Part shown: one piece after another, positions 18,661 to 40,880 of the stretch | Numbering within the stretch: position 1 is the first letter of the stretch | Layout of the letters: each line of letters starts with the position of its first letter | DNA from: Salpingoeca rosetta | Taxonomy: Eukaryota; Protista; Choanoflagellata | Direction of reading: 5' to 3' | Length of the DNA stretch: 64,000 nt | Assembly (NCBI GenBank): GCA_033442325.1 | Contig: JAWQFM010000008.1 | Span: 1,113,194-1,177,193 of the forward strand | Made by a program: the position numbers and the translations under genes | The notes under the pieces: model-generated | The model's database searches: none | What the model saw: only the letters and a program-made list of their open reading frames with translations | Told to the model about the DNA's origin: nothing

Positions 18661-20264
18661 CTAGCGGCGGCGGACGGTGCGATATGCAGAGGCGAGGCGA
18701 CGCCATGATGAGAGAATGGCCAGCCCTGTTGGAACAAACAGCGGCACATACACCGCATACTTCTGGTCCTCGGGAAACAAAGAGGACGCCAGCAGCCCAG
18801 GGTCGTACGCAGATGCCTCTGCAATGCGACAGCATGTGGCACGTGGTGTGTAGTGTGTCAGCGTGTGTGGTGTGGTGTGTGATGTGGTGAAAGGGGCGAA
18901 GTGAGACAAGAAGTGAGGTGGGTAGGTGTTCGTTCACAAGCGAGGGAAGAAAAGAAGAGGAGCACACGCAAACATGAACAGGCACACACACACACACACA
19001 TACACACACACACACGCACACACACGCACACACACAAATGCGCACACACACAAATGCGCACATGGTCACCTGCGTGGTGGTGCGCCTGGCGGGCGTGTGC
19101 GAGAGCAGCAGCCCAGTCTCCGCTTTCCGCTGCCAGTTGGGTGGCGTGTAGTTCATCGCACGCCTGCTGCGCCACGGCAGCAAGCCGCTTGTCCACAACG
19201 AGTGTGGGCAGGCTGTCCAACAGGGCAGAGAAGCTCAGCAGCAAATCGCGCGCTGCGGTCACCAGCCGCTCCAGCAGCACGCCGCGCGCCGCACCCATCT
19301 CGCGCGGCAGCAGGGCTGCCTTGTCATCAACATGAACACGCGGGCACACGCCCATGATGTTCCTCAAGAAATGTACAAAGTGCGGCAGAGCGTGCTGTGC
19401 AGACAGCGTTGATCTCCGCGACCGTTTTCCAGCGCTGTCGTTGCTGCTGCTGGGCATTGCATCGGCGGTTTCCTTATCACTGGCGCTGTGGTCTTCGCAA
19501 GGCGTCTGTGGTAGCAGCACAACGCCGCCCCAGCCAGGCTGCCAGTATGACCTGGACGTGTGTTGTTGGTGCTGCTGTTCCTGCGGGGCGCCTTGCCGCT
19601 GCTTGGATCCCGGGCAAGCTGGTACGTACACTGCCAAGTTGACGGTGCACGTTGTCTGCACACTGCCCACGGTTTGAAACACGTGCGCCAGGACCTCCCG
19701 TCGTACATGGCTGCTGTGCTGCTGCTGTCGTTGGGAGAGTACTGGCAGGGCTTGCGCGGCTTGTGTGTGAAATTCAACGGCCGCAGCATCCCCCAGGATG
19801 GCGCGCAGTGACGGATCGGCGTCCCGCAGCCGTGCACGCAAGTGCGTCGTGTTGTCCCAGGCCACGAACGTTGCCTGCGGGCGCGCGTTCAAGATAGTCA
19901 CGAGCAGTCGCGGTTGGACACAAAGTGGCAGCGTCTGCGTGTACTTGCTCGAGCAGGAGGACAACTGTTTCGGGTCAGCATCAGCAGCATCGGTCGTGTC
20001 AGAGTTCGTGTTGGTGTCGGTGTTGGTGTTGGTGGTGGTTGCGTTGGTGTGGTGAGCGAGGGCCTTCAGGATTGCGTCGACGGTCTGTTCAATGTGGACG
20101 CCTGTGCCGACACTTCTACTGGAGATGTCAGGCGGCAGTGGTTGTCGCTCTGGCGTTGTGCTGTGGATCCAAACGGGGACACAAACACACAAGCACAAGC
20201 TCGACACACAAGCCACTGCCGCCACAGCAGCAGCTGTTGGCTTCTTGTTGGCAGCCGTCATCAT
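18661..20264 (-). CDS. PIGS: GPI transamidase subunit PIG-S
   Basis: N-terminal TM then PVWIHSTTPERQPLP; PGWGGVV; one intron (~19070-18820); last exon AEASAYDPGLLASSLFPEDQKYAVYVPLFVP matches the PIG-S C-terminal signature. Confidence 0.88.
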
Positions 20265-20451
20265 CGTTGGTCGGTGATGAAAATTGACGAAAGTCTTAAA
20301 CAAATTATCCTCACAATTTTCGTCTGCCAACGCACAGTTTGAACGGTTGCAGGATCGAGTGGGAAGTTGTCGCAGAACAGAGATAGAGGAGACAGCGGAA
20401 CAGAGCAGAGCAAAAAACAACAAGGGAAGGAGAGCAAGCGGACGGACGAGC

Positions 20452-20631
20452 ATGCGTTCCATGCCCGTGTGGGTGGACACGGTCCACAACCAACAAGGCG
20501 AACGCCAGAGGTTCGTGAAACAGTCAGTGGGGTGACAGTGAGTGTGTTTGTGTGTGTGCATATGTTTGTGTGTGTGCATGTTTGTGTGTGCATGTTTGTG
20601 TGTGGGTGTGTGTATGCATGTGGATACACTT

Positions 20632-20686
<55 letters not shown>

Positions 20687-23029
20687 ACACGCGCCCACAC
20701 GCATCGTTGTTGTTGCTGCTCACGCACGGTTCAACAACAAACACACACACACACACCCGTTTTGTTTTGTTTAGCATCTACTCTCTGGCATTTCGGCCAG
20801 ATGGCACGCAGCTCATCGCCGGTGCCGGTGCTCGCGTTCTGGTAAGACAACCAGGCATGAACGAGGAGGAGGAGGGAGGGCACGGGTGGAAACAACGAGT
20901 TGTGTCAGGGCACTATCGTTTCGTGTGTTTGTGTTTTGATAATTGCACGAACGTTGTTCATGCGCGTTGTCAATGCGCGTTCGTCAGGAGCTCCAACTCA
21001 CCACGGTTGAATGAACCTCGTTTGTGCTCGAATGCTGTGCTCCATACCGTGCGCTAGGTGTACGAGGTTGCCGACGGCCAAGTGATTGCCTCCCTCAAGG
21101 GCCACAAGGATGTGGTGTACTGTGTTGCCTTCTCCAACGATGGCACGTTGTTTGCCAGTGGCGCCGCTGACAAGACGGTCATTGTGTGGGACGGCCGCAC
21201 CCTCTCTGGCCAGCTCAAATACAGGTACGCTGACGCAGCCCCAGATTCTGTGATTGTGTGTGTGTGTGTGTGTGGTTGTATAGTTGTGTGTGTGTGTGTG
21301 GTTTTCCTGTGCAATTGTGGAGGTGCCATGGTTGGTTCTTGAATGGCGTCTGTGTGTGTGGACCGTATGGTCGAATTGAGTCCCGATTGTTGTGTTGGGT
21401 GATGCTGCCCGGCTTCCGTCTTATTTTCACACATGCATGACCCACTGCGAATCATGCTGTTGCTCCTCTTTCCGCAGCCACAACGACACCATTCAAGCGC
21501 TGGCCTTCAACCCGCTCAACAACATTCTCGCCAGCTGCTCCTCCTCCGACTTTGGTGCGCACGTGTGTGTGTATGTGTGTGAGTGTGTGAGTGTATGTGT
21601 GTGTGTGTGGTCATTGTGCGCCAGACACGGTTTGCGCGTAAATGCGTGCCGTGCACGACATTGTTCTCACTCGCAGCATGTGCACGCCCTCTCGTGCGCC
21701 GCGCTGCCTCCATATCCAGGGTTCTGGTCCAAGGACATCACCACTGTTGAGAAGACGCGTGTATCTTCCCGCATCTGCGCAGCCAGGTATGATGCACTTT
21801 CCCGTGGTGTACGGGGCCGTGTGTGTACTTGTGTGTGTGTGTGTGTGTGTGTGCGTGCGTGTGTGTGTGTGTGCGTGTGCGTGTGTGCGTGTGTGTGCTT
21901 TGCATGCGCGTTTGCAATGGGTTTCTTCCAATCTGGTCAGTGTGACCTTGCGCTGACTGAGACAACAATGGCTCCTCCCTTTCCCGCCTCTGTTGATGCT
22001 GCAGCTGGACCAACGACGGCCAGTACATTGCCCTCGGCCACTTCAACGGCAACGTCAGCATCCGCAACCAGGTCCGATCGCCGTGGTCGTAGCGCCACAT
22101 CACAGCACCATGAGTTGGCTATGTCCGACATGACAATGCCTCCCATTCATCGTAACACTCTGCATGCTTGAGCCATTTACCCTCACACACACAATCCCCC
22201 CCCCCCACACACACAATCACACAATCCCCCACACAAATACACACATACACACAATCGCACAATGACACAATTCCTTCTGCACGCTGTGCACCGGCAGCGC
22301 GGGGAGGAGAAGGTGCTGATTGACCGCCAGGGCCGCGGTCCCGTCTGGTCCCTCCAGTACGTTGTGATGATGGTGGTGGTGGTGGTATTGCCTGCTGGTC
22401 GTGTGTTTGGTTTGCACAATGATCTGGCTGCTCTTGGCACCGTTGATTATGGCCATATTCTGCGCGTGTGCGTACAGGTGGAACCCGAGCAAGAACGAGA
22501 AGACGGACACGCTCGCTGTCTGCGATTGCAACCAGCGCCTCAGCTTCTATCTCCTCAGCGGCCGCCAGGTTTGTACTGGTCGTCGTCGCAGTTGTGACCG
22601 TGCTGGTGAAGAAGTTGTGGAACGTGGTTGACGTTTTTGTGTGTATCAGTCAATGAATTCTCACACTCATGCTCATTCTCACTCACAACGACACAAACGC
22701 GGGTGCGCGCACGCACACACACACACACATACACACATACACACACACACACACTTCCCCACTACTCACACACACACACACACAACCAGATTGGGAAGGA
22801 GCGTGTGCTGGACTACGACCCGTGCTCGCTGTCGTACTTCTCTGACGGCAACTACCTGGTGATGGGCGGGTCGAACCGCAAGGCCGGGCTGTACACGCGC
22901 GACGGCATCCACCTCGGCGACATCTGCGAGCAGGAGGGCTGGGTCTGGTCTTGCGCTGCACGGTAATGTCATCAATGTGAAACCACAACAACAGCTAGCA
23001 ACAATCGCAACAACACAGCAGCAGCAGCG

Positions 23030-23076
<47 letters not shown>

Positions 23077-24958
23077 CATGTCACGTTCGGTTGCTGTATG
23101 CGTGCGCAAGTGATGTCTACGTTTGATGTTGTGCATCAAATTTCTCTTATTGCCACGCGTTGGCTTTTCATCACTTTCCGCTCATCCCATTCACCACACA
23201 CACACACACAAACTCACAAACATACACAAACACACACACAAACTCACACACACACACATTACTGAACGAAAGGCCTGGCCAGAACTACGTGGCGGTTGGC
23301 TGCCAGGACGGGACGATTGCGCTGCACCACCTCGTCTTCTCCACCGTGCACGGCTTGTACCGGGAGCGGTACGCGTTTCGCCGCAACATGACCAACGTCG
23401 TGGTGCAGGACCTCTCCGCCGGCACAGAGTCGCGCGTGCCGTGTCGGGAGCTCGTCAAGAAAATTGCCATCTTCAAGGTACCGCCGTCGGATGGTGGTGG
23501 TTGCCCAGATGATGGTGGTGGTATCAGTGGTAGCGTTGATGATGTAACACTTTCATCGTCGGTGTCCAGCGTCCCACCACCACCCATACCAGCGCGGTGG
23601 CGTGTTGCCTCGCCCAACTCACCCATGCACACACACACATACACATACACATACGCACACATATACACACACATACGCACACACATACACACCCACCACC
23701 AACAGAACCGGCTTGCGGTGCAGCTGCCGAAGCAGATCAACGTGTATGAGATGGAGGCGATGGACAGCGGCAAACTCAAGTTCCGCCTCATGGTGCGCCC
23801 GATCGTGCGGTGTGCAGCGGGATATATTGTGGTGTTTGTGTGTTTTCAGAAGCTGGCGATGATGAGCGCTGCTGGCGATGTGCTGGAAGCAGTCCGTGTG
23901 CGCACATTTTGGTTCCCCTCTCACCCAAGTGCACGTGCACACGCACGCGCACGCGTGCGCACGCACACATGTTCGCGCCCGATTCAGTGCAAGCTGCGGC
24001 GCAACTTTGAGTGCAACCTGTTGGTTGTGTGCTCGAAGCACATCATCCTGTGCCAGGAGCGCCGCCTGCAGAGCTGGACCTTTGACAACCAGAAGGAGAG
24101 GTGCGACTGGTGTGATTGATGTGATTGGTGTGAATGGTGTGATTGGTGATTGATGTGAATGGTATGAATGTTGTGAATGTTGTGGTTGGTGCGCGCCCCA
24201 TGTTGTCGCATGCACGCGTGTTTTGTACATGTTTTGTGTGCATGCCTTTGGAGCGTTGCATGCACATGCACGCGAACACACATCCCGTCAACTCACATGT
24301 AACACGTGCCTCAATCAACACCATCCCCACCACAATCATTCACACATGTGTGTGTGTGTGTGTGTGCAGGGAGTGGAGCACGGATTCGATGATCCGCTAC
24401 ATCAAAGTCATTGGCGGCCCCGACGGCCGCGAGGGACTGCTCGGTGAGCTGACCGCAGTAGAGTGGCGAGCAGCGGTGGTGGTCGTGGTGGTGGTCGCCG
24501 TGAACAGGAGGGGGGGGATGGTGCCTTGCGGTTTAACGGTATGTGACGTTTCAGCATGGCACCATTAACTGATGTGCGCATTTACTTAATTCCTTGTGTT
24601 GCGTGGTCTTGTGCTCACGTCACCTACGCTCATCTGTCCGTCTGTCTTCTGTCCATCCATCTTTCCCTTGATATCCGACGCGGTCCGCAGTTGGTCAGAA
24701 GAACGGAACGATTCTGCAGATCTTTGTTGACAACCCGTTCCCGATTGAGCTGATCAAGCAGGCCACCCCTGTCCGCTGCCTCGACCTCAGCTCCCAGTAC
24801 GTGCACACGTGACTGTCTTCGTGGTGGTGGTGGTGGTGGTGATGATGATGAGGGGTGGCGGTAGTGGTGGGGTGGCTGTGGTGATGGCAACGGTGATGAT
24901 GGTGATTGGCATGGCTGGCTTATCAACACACACACGCACACACACACACACACACACA

Positions 24959-25006
<48 letters not shown>

Positions 25007-25159
25007 CGCACAAACGCATTTGCGTGGTGCAGGCGCACGAAGCTTGCGGTGGTGAACGACCACGGGACGTGCCTCGTGTACGACTTGGCAACCAAGGACC
25101 TGCTGTACCAGGAGCCGCACGCCAACTCTGTCGCCTGGAACACCCAGAACGAGGTGCCC

Positions 25160-25227
<68 letters not shown>

Positions 25228-25846
25228 TGTGTGCATGTGTGTGCGTACGTGCGTGTTTGTGTGCATGTTTTGTGCAGATTTATTTTTTCCCGTGCAGGGA
25301 CCTACCACCGTTCACTGCTCCCCATCACGGTCCACTCCCACCACTGTCACCAATCACCAGGACATGCTGTGCTACAGCGGCAACGGCATGCTGCACATCA
25401 AAGCGGCCAACTTCCCGCTCCACGTGCAGAAGCTGCAGGGGTTTGTCGTCGGCTTCTCCGGCTCCCGCATCTACTGCCTCCACGTCCATTCCATGAAGCC
25501 CGTTGACGTACGCTGCCGGTGCTTGCGCTCATGTGACTTCAGTGCCTCTGATCCCCCTCCCCTCGGTCCCTGTTCCTCTCCTCTTTCTCTTTCTGCGGCA
25601 AAGGACGCTGGCACTGAGTGGGCTCGACTGTACCCAATGCACTTGTTGCTTGCCATCCCACACTGTTGCCACACAACCTGTCCTCACGCACGCAAACACA
25701 CATGTGCTGGGCGATTGCAATTGCCATCAGGTTCCGCAATCGCACTCGATGCACCAGTACCTGAAGAAGGGCGAGTATGACGGTGCATACCGCGTGGCCT
25801 TGACTCGCTCGGTGCGTTGTTGCTCGTGACGGCGGCACATGGTGAT

Positions 25847-25927
<81 letters not shown>

Positions 25928-27285
25928 TGGTTTGGTTGCCTTTGCGTGCTTGCGTGCATCCAGCGTGTAATTCCAGCATCTCATTATCATCTCCACCACA
26001 TCACCACCATGACCACCACCACCACCTGCCAGCGATGGAGGCACTTGAGGGCCTCAACTTTGAGGTTGCCAAGCAGTCATTCATCCGCGTCCGGGACATC
26101 CGCTACCTCGACCTGATCCACCGCATCCAGGAGCGGGAGCGCATGGGCATGGGTGACGACCCGGACGTGTACCGTGCGCAGATCTACGCGTACCAGGGAC
26201 GCTTTGAGGAGGCCGCCAAGCTGTATGCCCGCGCAGGGCAGCCTCGCCTCGCCATGGAGATGTACTGCGACCTCCGCCAGTTTGACCGCGCGAAGGTGCG
26301 TGACCCTTGTGTTTGTGGTGGTGGCGGGGGGCGGTGCATGAGAAAGGCAGTGGCAAGGGAGTGACTTGTTGTCCGTGTCATTTGCCGTGCTGTGCCTCTG
26401 CTCTGGTACCCTGCTTGATCGTGCGCTTTTTGATTGGAATCGCGTGGCACTACTTCAATACCATGACACCCACCTCACGACCACCACGGCCAATATGCGC
26501 CTGGTGCTTTGTTATTGTTGTTGTTGTTGTTGTCGTTGCAGAAATACGTTGACTCGTCCAACGCAGAGGATGTGCAGGCGTTCATGAAGAAGCAGGCCGA
26601 GTGGTCCAAGACGGCGAACGACCCGCTGGTATGGGGACGCACATGCGTCGTGCATTGTTGTTGTGATGGTCATGCACCATTGTTGTTGCATGTGCTCTTT
26701 GTTTACTCAAGCCCATGTCCAGCGATTGTCTCGTGTGGGTGGTGTTGGTTGTGCGGTTAGCGCTGCTGTTGTTTTGCTCCATTGTGCACTCATGCATGCA
26801 CACGCTCGCGCGCGCGACACAAACCACGATGACAATTGCTACGAATAGCTTGCGATTGACATTCTGAACGCTGCTGGCGAGGAGATTGCGTCTATCAACA
26901 TGATGGGCGAGAATGGCATGGTGCAGAAGCTCATCGACAAGGCCCGCGCCACCAACAGCGTACGGGCGCGCACACGAACGCAGACGCAAACTGTGCTTCT
27001 TTTAGCTCGCGTGCACCCTTGTCATTGCCATGTGTGCACCCGACCATTGCTTTACCCTTTCATCCACCCACACAATTCCCCATCACCCATCATCCATCGT
27101 CCATCATCCACTCAACTGCTCACCCCTTTCATCCACGCATGCACGCCACTGCAGGCCGAGACGGAGGTCCTGAACCGCATTGTGTACTGGCTGCAGAAGC
27201 TCGACCAGATTTCCCTCGCCGCGGAAGTCTGCGAAAAGGTAATCCTGCGCTTTTGTCTCATCCCCAAGAGAGCACTCACAGTGCT

Positions 27286-27355
<70 letters not shown>

Positions 27356-29202
27356 CGCCAGCGTATGTGTGTGCGTGTGTGAATGCGCCAGCGACACTGC
27401 TCACGCCGTGGTTTGTTCGCTGCCACCCTGCCAGATGAACGACAACCGCAAGCTTGTTGAGCTGTATGTCTCTGCCAAGCGGTGGGAGGATGCATTTGCG
27501 CTGGCGAACCGCTTGAACGAGTTCCAGGAGGACATCTACCACCCATACGCGGACTGGCTCGCTGAGAACGACAGATTCGACGAGGCACAGGTCAGATGCA
27601 GGGTCGTACGGAACTGTACTGCGTACTGTGTGGATTTCATTCTGTGAATTGTGTACCGTGTGAAGTGCGTGTTGAGTGTGTGTGTGTTTCGATTGTTGCG
27701 TTCTGTGCTGTGTTGTCTTGTTGCCAACGTTGTCGGTGTTGATCACCTGGACCTCTGAATGACCACCAAGGCCCCTCTGTTGTTCACACCCCTTCATGTG
27801 CATGCACGCGTGTGCAGGAGGCATATCGGCTGGCAGGTCTCGAGGATAAGGCCGTGCAGGTGCTGGAGGTCCTCGCACACAACGCCGTCATTGAGCGCCG
27901 ATTCAACGACGCAGGGTGCGTTGTGTTTGTGTTTGTGTTTGTGTTTGTGCTTGCGTTTGTGCTTGCGTTTGTGTTGGCGGTTTATTTTTGTGTTTATTAT
28001 GTTCTGCGTGTTACACACGGTGCACGCAGCTTTTGATAAGCCGCAGTTGATTGTGGCAACACTGCTCGCGCGTGCATGCACGCATATCCCTGAGTTCACC
28101 TCACTATCACCCCACCATCACCTCACCATCACCTCACCAACCCCACCCTATGAATGCTCTGCGCGCCCAGCTTCTACTTCTGGAAGCTGGCGGACTACAA
28201 GCTCAAGGCGATCAAGAGTGCTGCTGGCGACGAGGGCTTCGATCTCGCAAATCAGGACGAGGAAATCAAGACTTACGAGACATTCGAGGTGCGTGGTGGC
28301 GACGGTGGTGTGTGTGCGTGTGTGTTCGTTTATTTACACGTGAATGCATGTGCGCATGGTGCATGATGTGCTTCTGCTTGTGTGCATGTGTACGTGCGTA
28401 TCACATGTTGCTGACGAACTCACGCCTGCTTACTCCTTGTGCTCGCTAATTCCTGCCTCCTGTGCCACCATTCTCCTTCGTGTGCCGTCCCTGCCTACCT
28501 CTCCAGCACCGTGCTGATCTGTACCAAGCGTACCATGCCATCAGCCGCTACATCGAAGAGCCATTCACATCTCACTCAACAGACAACCTCCTCTCCATCT
28601 GCAACTTCCTCCTCAACGCCATCTCCTCGGTGTGTATACGTGTGTGTGTGTGTTGTGTATTGTGCATGATGTGTGTGTGTGTACGTATATTTATGTAGAG
28701 TGTGAAGAGGGTGTATTGCGTGTGTGTGTTGTGTATTGTGCATGATGTGTGTGTGTACGTATATTTATGTAGAGTAGAGTATGAAGAGCGTGTATTGTAT
28801 TTCCATTCCTTCCCACTTCCACTCACAACTTTCAATCGGTACCAACGCCTACATCAACTACAGGAGGTTCCGTTTGGCATGTCCAAGTTCAATGTTCTGT
28901 TTGCGACTGCCAAGCTTGGTCGCCAGCTAGGCGCCTTCAAGCTCGCCCGCAACGCCATCGAGAAGATGCGCACACTCAGGGTGAGGAGGGGATGTGTGGT
29001 GTGGTGCCAAGCCTTGCAGTGTGACTTGCCATTGCGTGCACGCACACGCGCGCTTTGTGTTTGCATGCACCTCATTCTGTGATTGTTGCGTCGTGTTTGA
29101 TGTTCGACGAGCCTTCACCGTCACGTGCACAATTGCGACTGTCTGCACGCACAAATGTTCAAACCAAATGTTCAAACCAAATGTTGTGAACACACACATA
29201 CA

Positions 29203-29234
<32 letters not shown>

Positions 29235-30150
29235 CACACACACTCTCTCTCTCTCTCCCTCTCACATGCCCACAGGTGCCTGCCACGTTCCGCGAGCACG
29301 TGAATGTGCAAGCGGTTGCCATCCGGTGCAAACCGTTTGAGGACGGAGAGGATCTGCAGCCCGTGTGCTACCGCTGCTCACTCCCCAACAACCTCTGGGC
29401 TGGCTCCCTCTCCTGCTCAAACTGCGTCCACCCCTTTGTCTTGTCAAAGTCAGTGCTCACAGCTTGCTGTGCATGCTGATGGCTGTTGTTGCGAGTCATG
29501 CCATCTGCTTGCGTGCTTTGTTTGGATGTGCGAGTACACGTGCGTGTGTGTGCATGTTCCACTTTGTATTGCATGCGCGCGTGTGCTTGTCCTCGAATTC
29601 CGTGTGGCTGTTCCCCCTCACTGCACCCTGTGTTCTGACGATGGGATATGCGCGCACCTCCATCCCTCCCTGCTGCATCTCATTCTCTCTGCAGGTACTC
29701 CTTTGACGTGCTGCCCCTTGTGGAGTTCTCACCAGACGTCGACATCTCCGACGCAGAGGCGCTTCAGCTCATCCAGTGCGTGCTCGTGTGACTGCAGCTG
29801 TTATTGACTGCGCATCTGTGCACCTTGCCAGTGTTCATGCCGTTTGTCTCCACACGTCGTCGTCTCTGACATGTCACCTCAACATCCACCTCATTGCCTC
29901 GGCTCTTCCCGCCCACCACTCCCCACGTTCCGTTGTGGCAGGGACGATTCGACGCTCGGATCAAAGCGTGGGAGCGGCAGCACCGTCACCAGCGGCGGTG
30001 CGCAGGTGATGTCGATGGACGACGATGAAGACGAGGAGGAGGACCCGTTTGTCCAGTCGCTCGCCCGATTTGAGAGCGGCTCGTCGTCCTACGAGATTGT
30101 TCGTGTCGACCGCGAAATGCTCAAGAAGATGCCGTCAAACGAGGTGCGTG

Positions 30151-30228
<78 letters not shown>

Positions 30229-31071
30229 TTTGCCTGCGTGCATGCGGTATTGACACACGACGACATTCATTCACTCGTGCACGGCAAACATGCACACACA
30301 CGCTTCAACCACATCCACGGACGCTCACGCATCTTAACCGCCTCCATTTGCCGCCTTGTTTTCGCGGGCGTGCATGTGTCCGTTACAGGTGTTTGTGCAG
30401 CGTTGGGGTGCACCACTGCAGCACCGCTATTACCGCAACGTGCTTGCCGACATCGAAGTCACCATGTGCTCGTCCTGCTTCAACGTGAGCCACGCACTCC
30501 ACCGTCACCTCGCCGTACTGTTCAGCCGGGGCTCTATTGTTTGATCAGCAACATGTTCTCACACACAGCACTGTCCAGCACTTTGATGCCCGTCTTCCAT
30601 CTCCCTCTTACCCAATGCTGCGCCCCAACCCATGTTCGTGTTTGTGTTGCCACATCGCCTTTGCTTTTTTCGTTGCAGTTCTTTGGCACCGACGAGTGGG
30701 AGCGTGTCACCCTCGAGTCCGGAAAATGCCCTCTTTGCCGAGCCAGCACGGTGCGTAAGCGATGTCGCTTGCTTGCTCGCTTGGGTTTGTTACCGTGTGT
30801 CGAAAATGACGTTGTCGGGAAGTCGAGTGCTTTGCGTATCCTTGGCCAAGTGGGTGCTGAGTCAGGCTGTTGAGATGTTGTTTGCGGCGCCGTTGTGAAT
30901 CTATTTGATGTGATGTTGTTTCGAACGACTGACCAAAAACGCACGTTTGTCCCTGATCGTTGTTTCTTGCATGCCATTCAGGATGTTGATGAGGAATCTG
31001 AAGCACCTGCTGCCGCGGCGAGCGGATCAAAGGTCCTCCTCGGATCCCAACCAGCTTCATCGTCCGCGTAA
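20452..31071 (+). CDS. IFT122: Intraflagellar transport protein 122 (IFT-A; WD40 repeats, TPR-like region, C-terminal Cys motifs)
   Basis: About 30 phase-compatible exons: [130 protein letters not shown], terminal CSSC..GKCPLCR. The final short exon (~30981-31071) is inferred. One anomaly at ~25800. Confidence 0.96.
28640..28775. repeat. About 75-bp tandem duplication in an IFT122 intron
   Basis: gtgttgtgtattgtgcatgatgtgtgtgt..acgtatatttatgtagagt is present twice. Confidence 0.8.
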
Positions 31072-31422
31072 TCGCGCCCACCACACAAGCCACACTGTTT
31101 GTTTTGTTTTTGTGTGTTTCTGTTTTCGACATGCATGCCATTGCGTTGTTGGCCCTTTGTGTTTGTTTGTCGGTCATGTTTTTGCACTGGCCGAGAGCAG
31201 TGTGCACTTCCCTCTCGAGTGTGCTTGCGATTGTGTGCTTGCGTTTGTGCTTGCGTTTGCTGTTGCTTTCGCTTTTGCTTCCATAGCACCACACACCGGC
31301 CAATCAGCCAATGAAACATTCACCAAGACGACTCGGGTGTGATGGGGAAGGGCTACGACAGGTTACGGGCCACCTATCATTGTTTCAATCATAAGCCACA
31401 CGCACAAGAGAGCCCATACAAG

Positions 31423-31514
<92 letters not shown>

Positions 31515-31518
31515 CACT

Positions 31519-40363
<8,845 letters not shown>

Positions 40364-40695
40364 GGTGTGATGTCTCCCACAAGCTCTGGGTGCTGGCCCT
40401 TTGAGGAGTTCGACTGTCTATTGAGCTGACGTGCGTCTGCCTCTTCCGCTGCTATGCACTATGATTGCTTCAGCGTTCGTTCGTAGTGATGACTACCCAC
40501 GTGTCTCGTAACTGAATGGCCTGATGGCTTTGCGCGGTTTTATTGGTTGAGGGAAGCAAACGCTTTTCAAGTCGATTCAGGCACAGCACACGCTTGTCTC
40601 TCTCGTCTCTCTCTCTCTCTCGTCTCTCTTGTGTGTGTCTCTCTCGCTCGCACACTCTGCACTGGTTTGGTAATGAAGGAGGCGAGCAAACTTTC

Positions 40696-40825
40696 TCACT
40701 CGATCCCACGAAGAATAACAAGTTTCACAGTCTGTGAAGGGCGCAGCCAGGAGACATGGCAACACACGTGAGAAGCAGTGACGGGCTGTAGAAAAAGCTC
40801 GCACAACGCAGATGCATACACAGAG

Positions 40826-40880
<55 letters not shown>

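Noticed and set aside
20265-20777. N-terminal extension of the 639-aa PIG-S ORF with a signal-like segment
   Set aside because: Overlaps IFT122 exon 1 and intron 1 in antisense; PIG-S similarity starts at ~20264.
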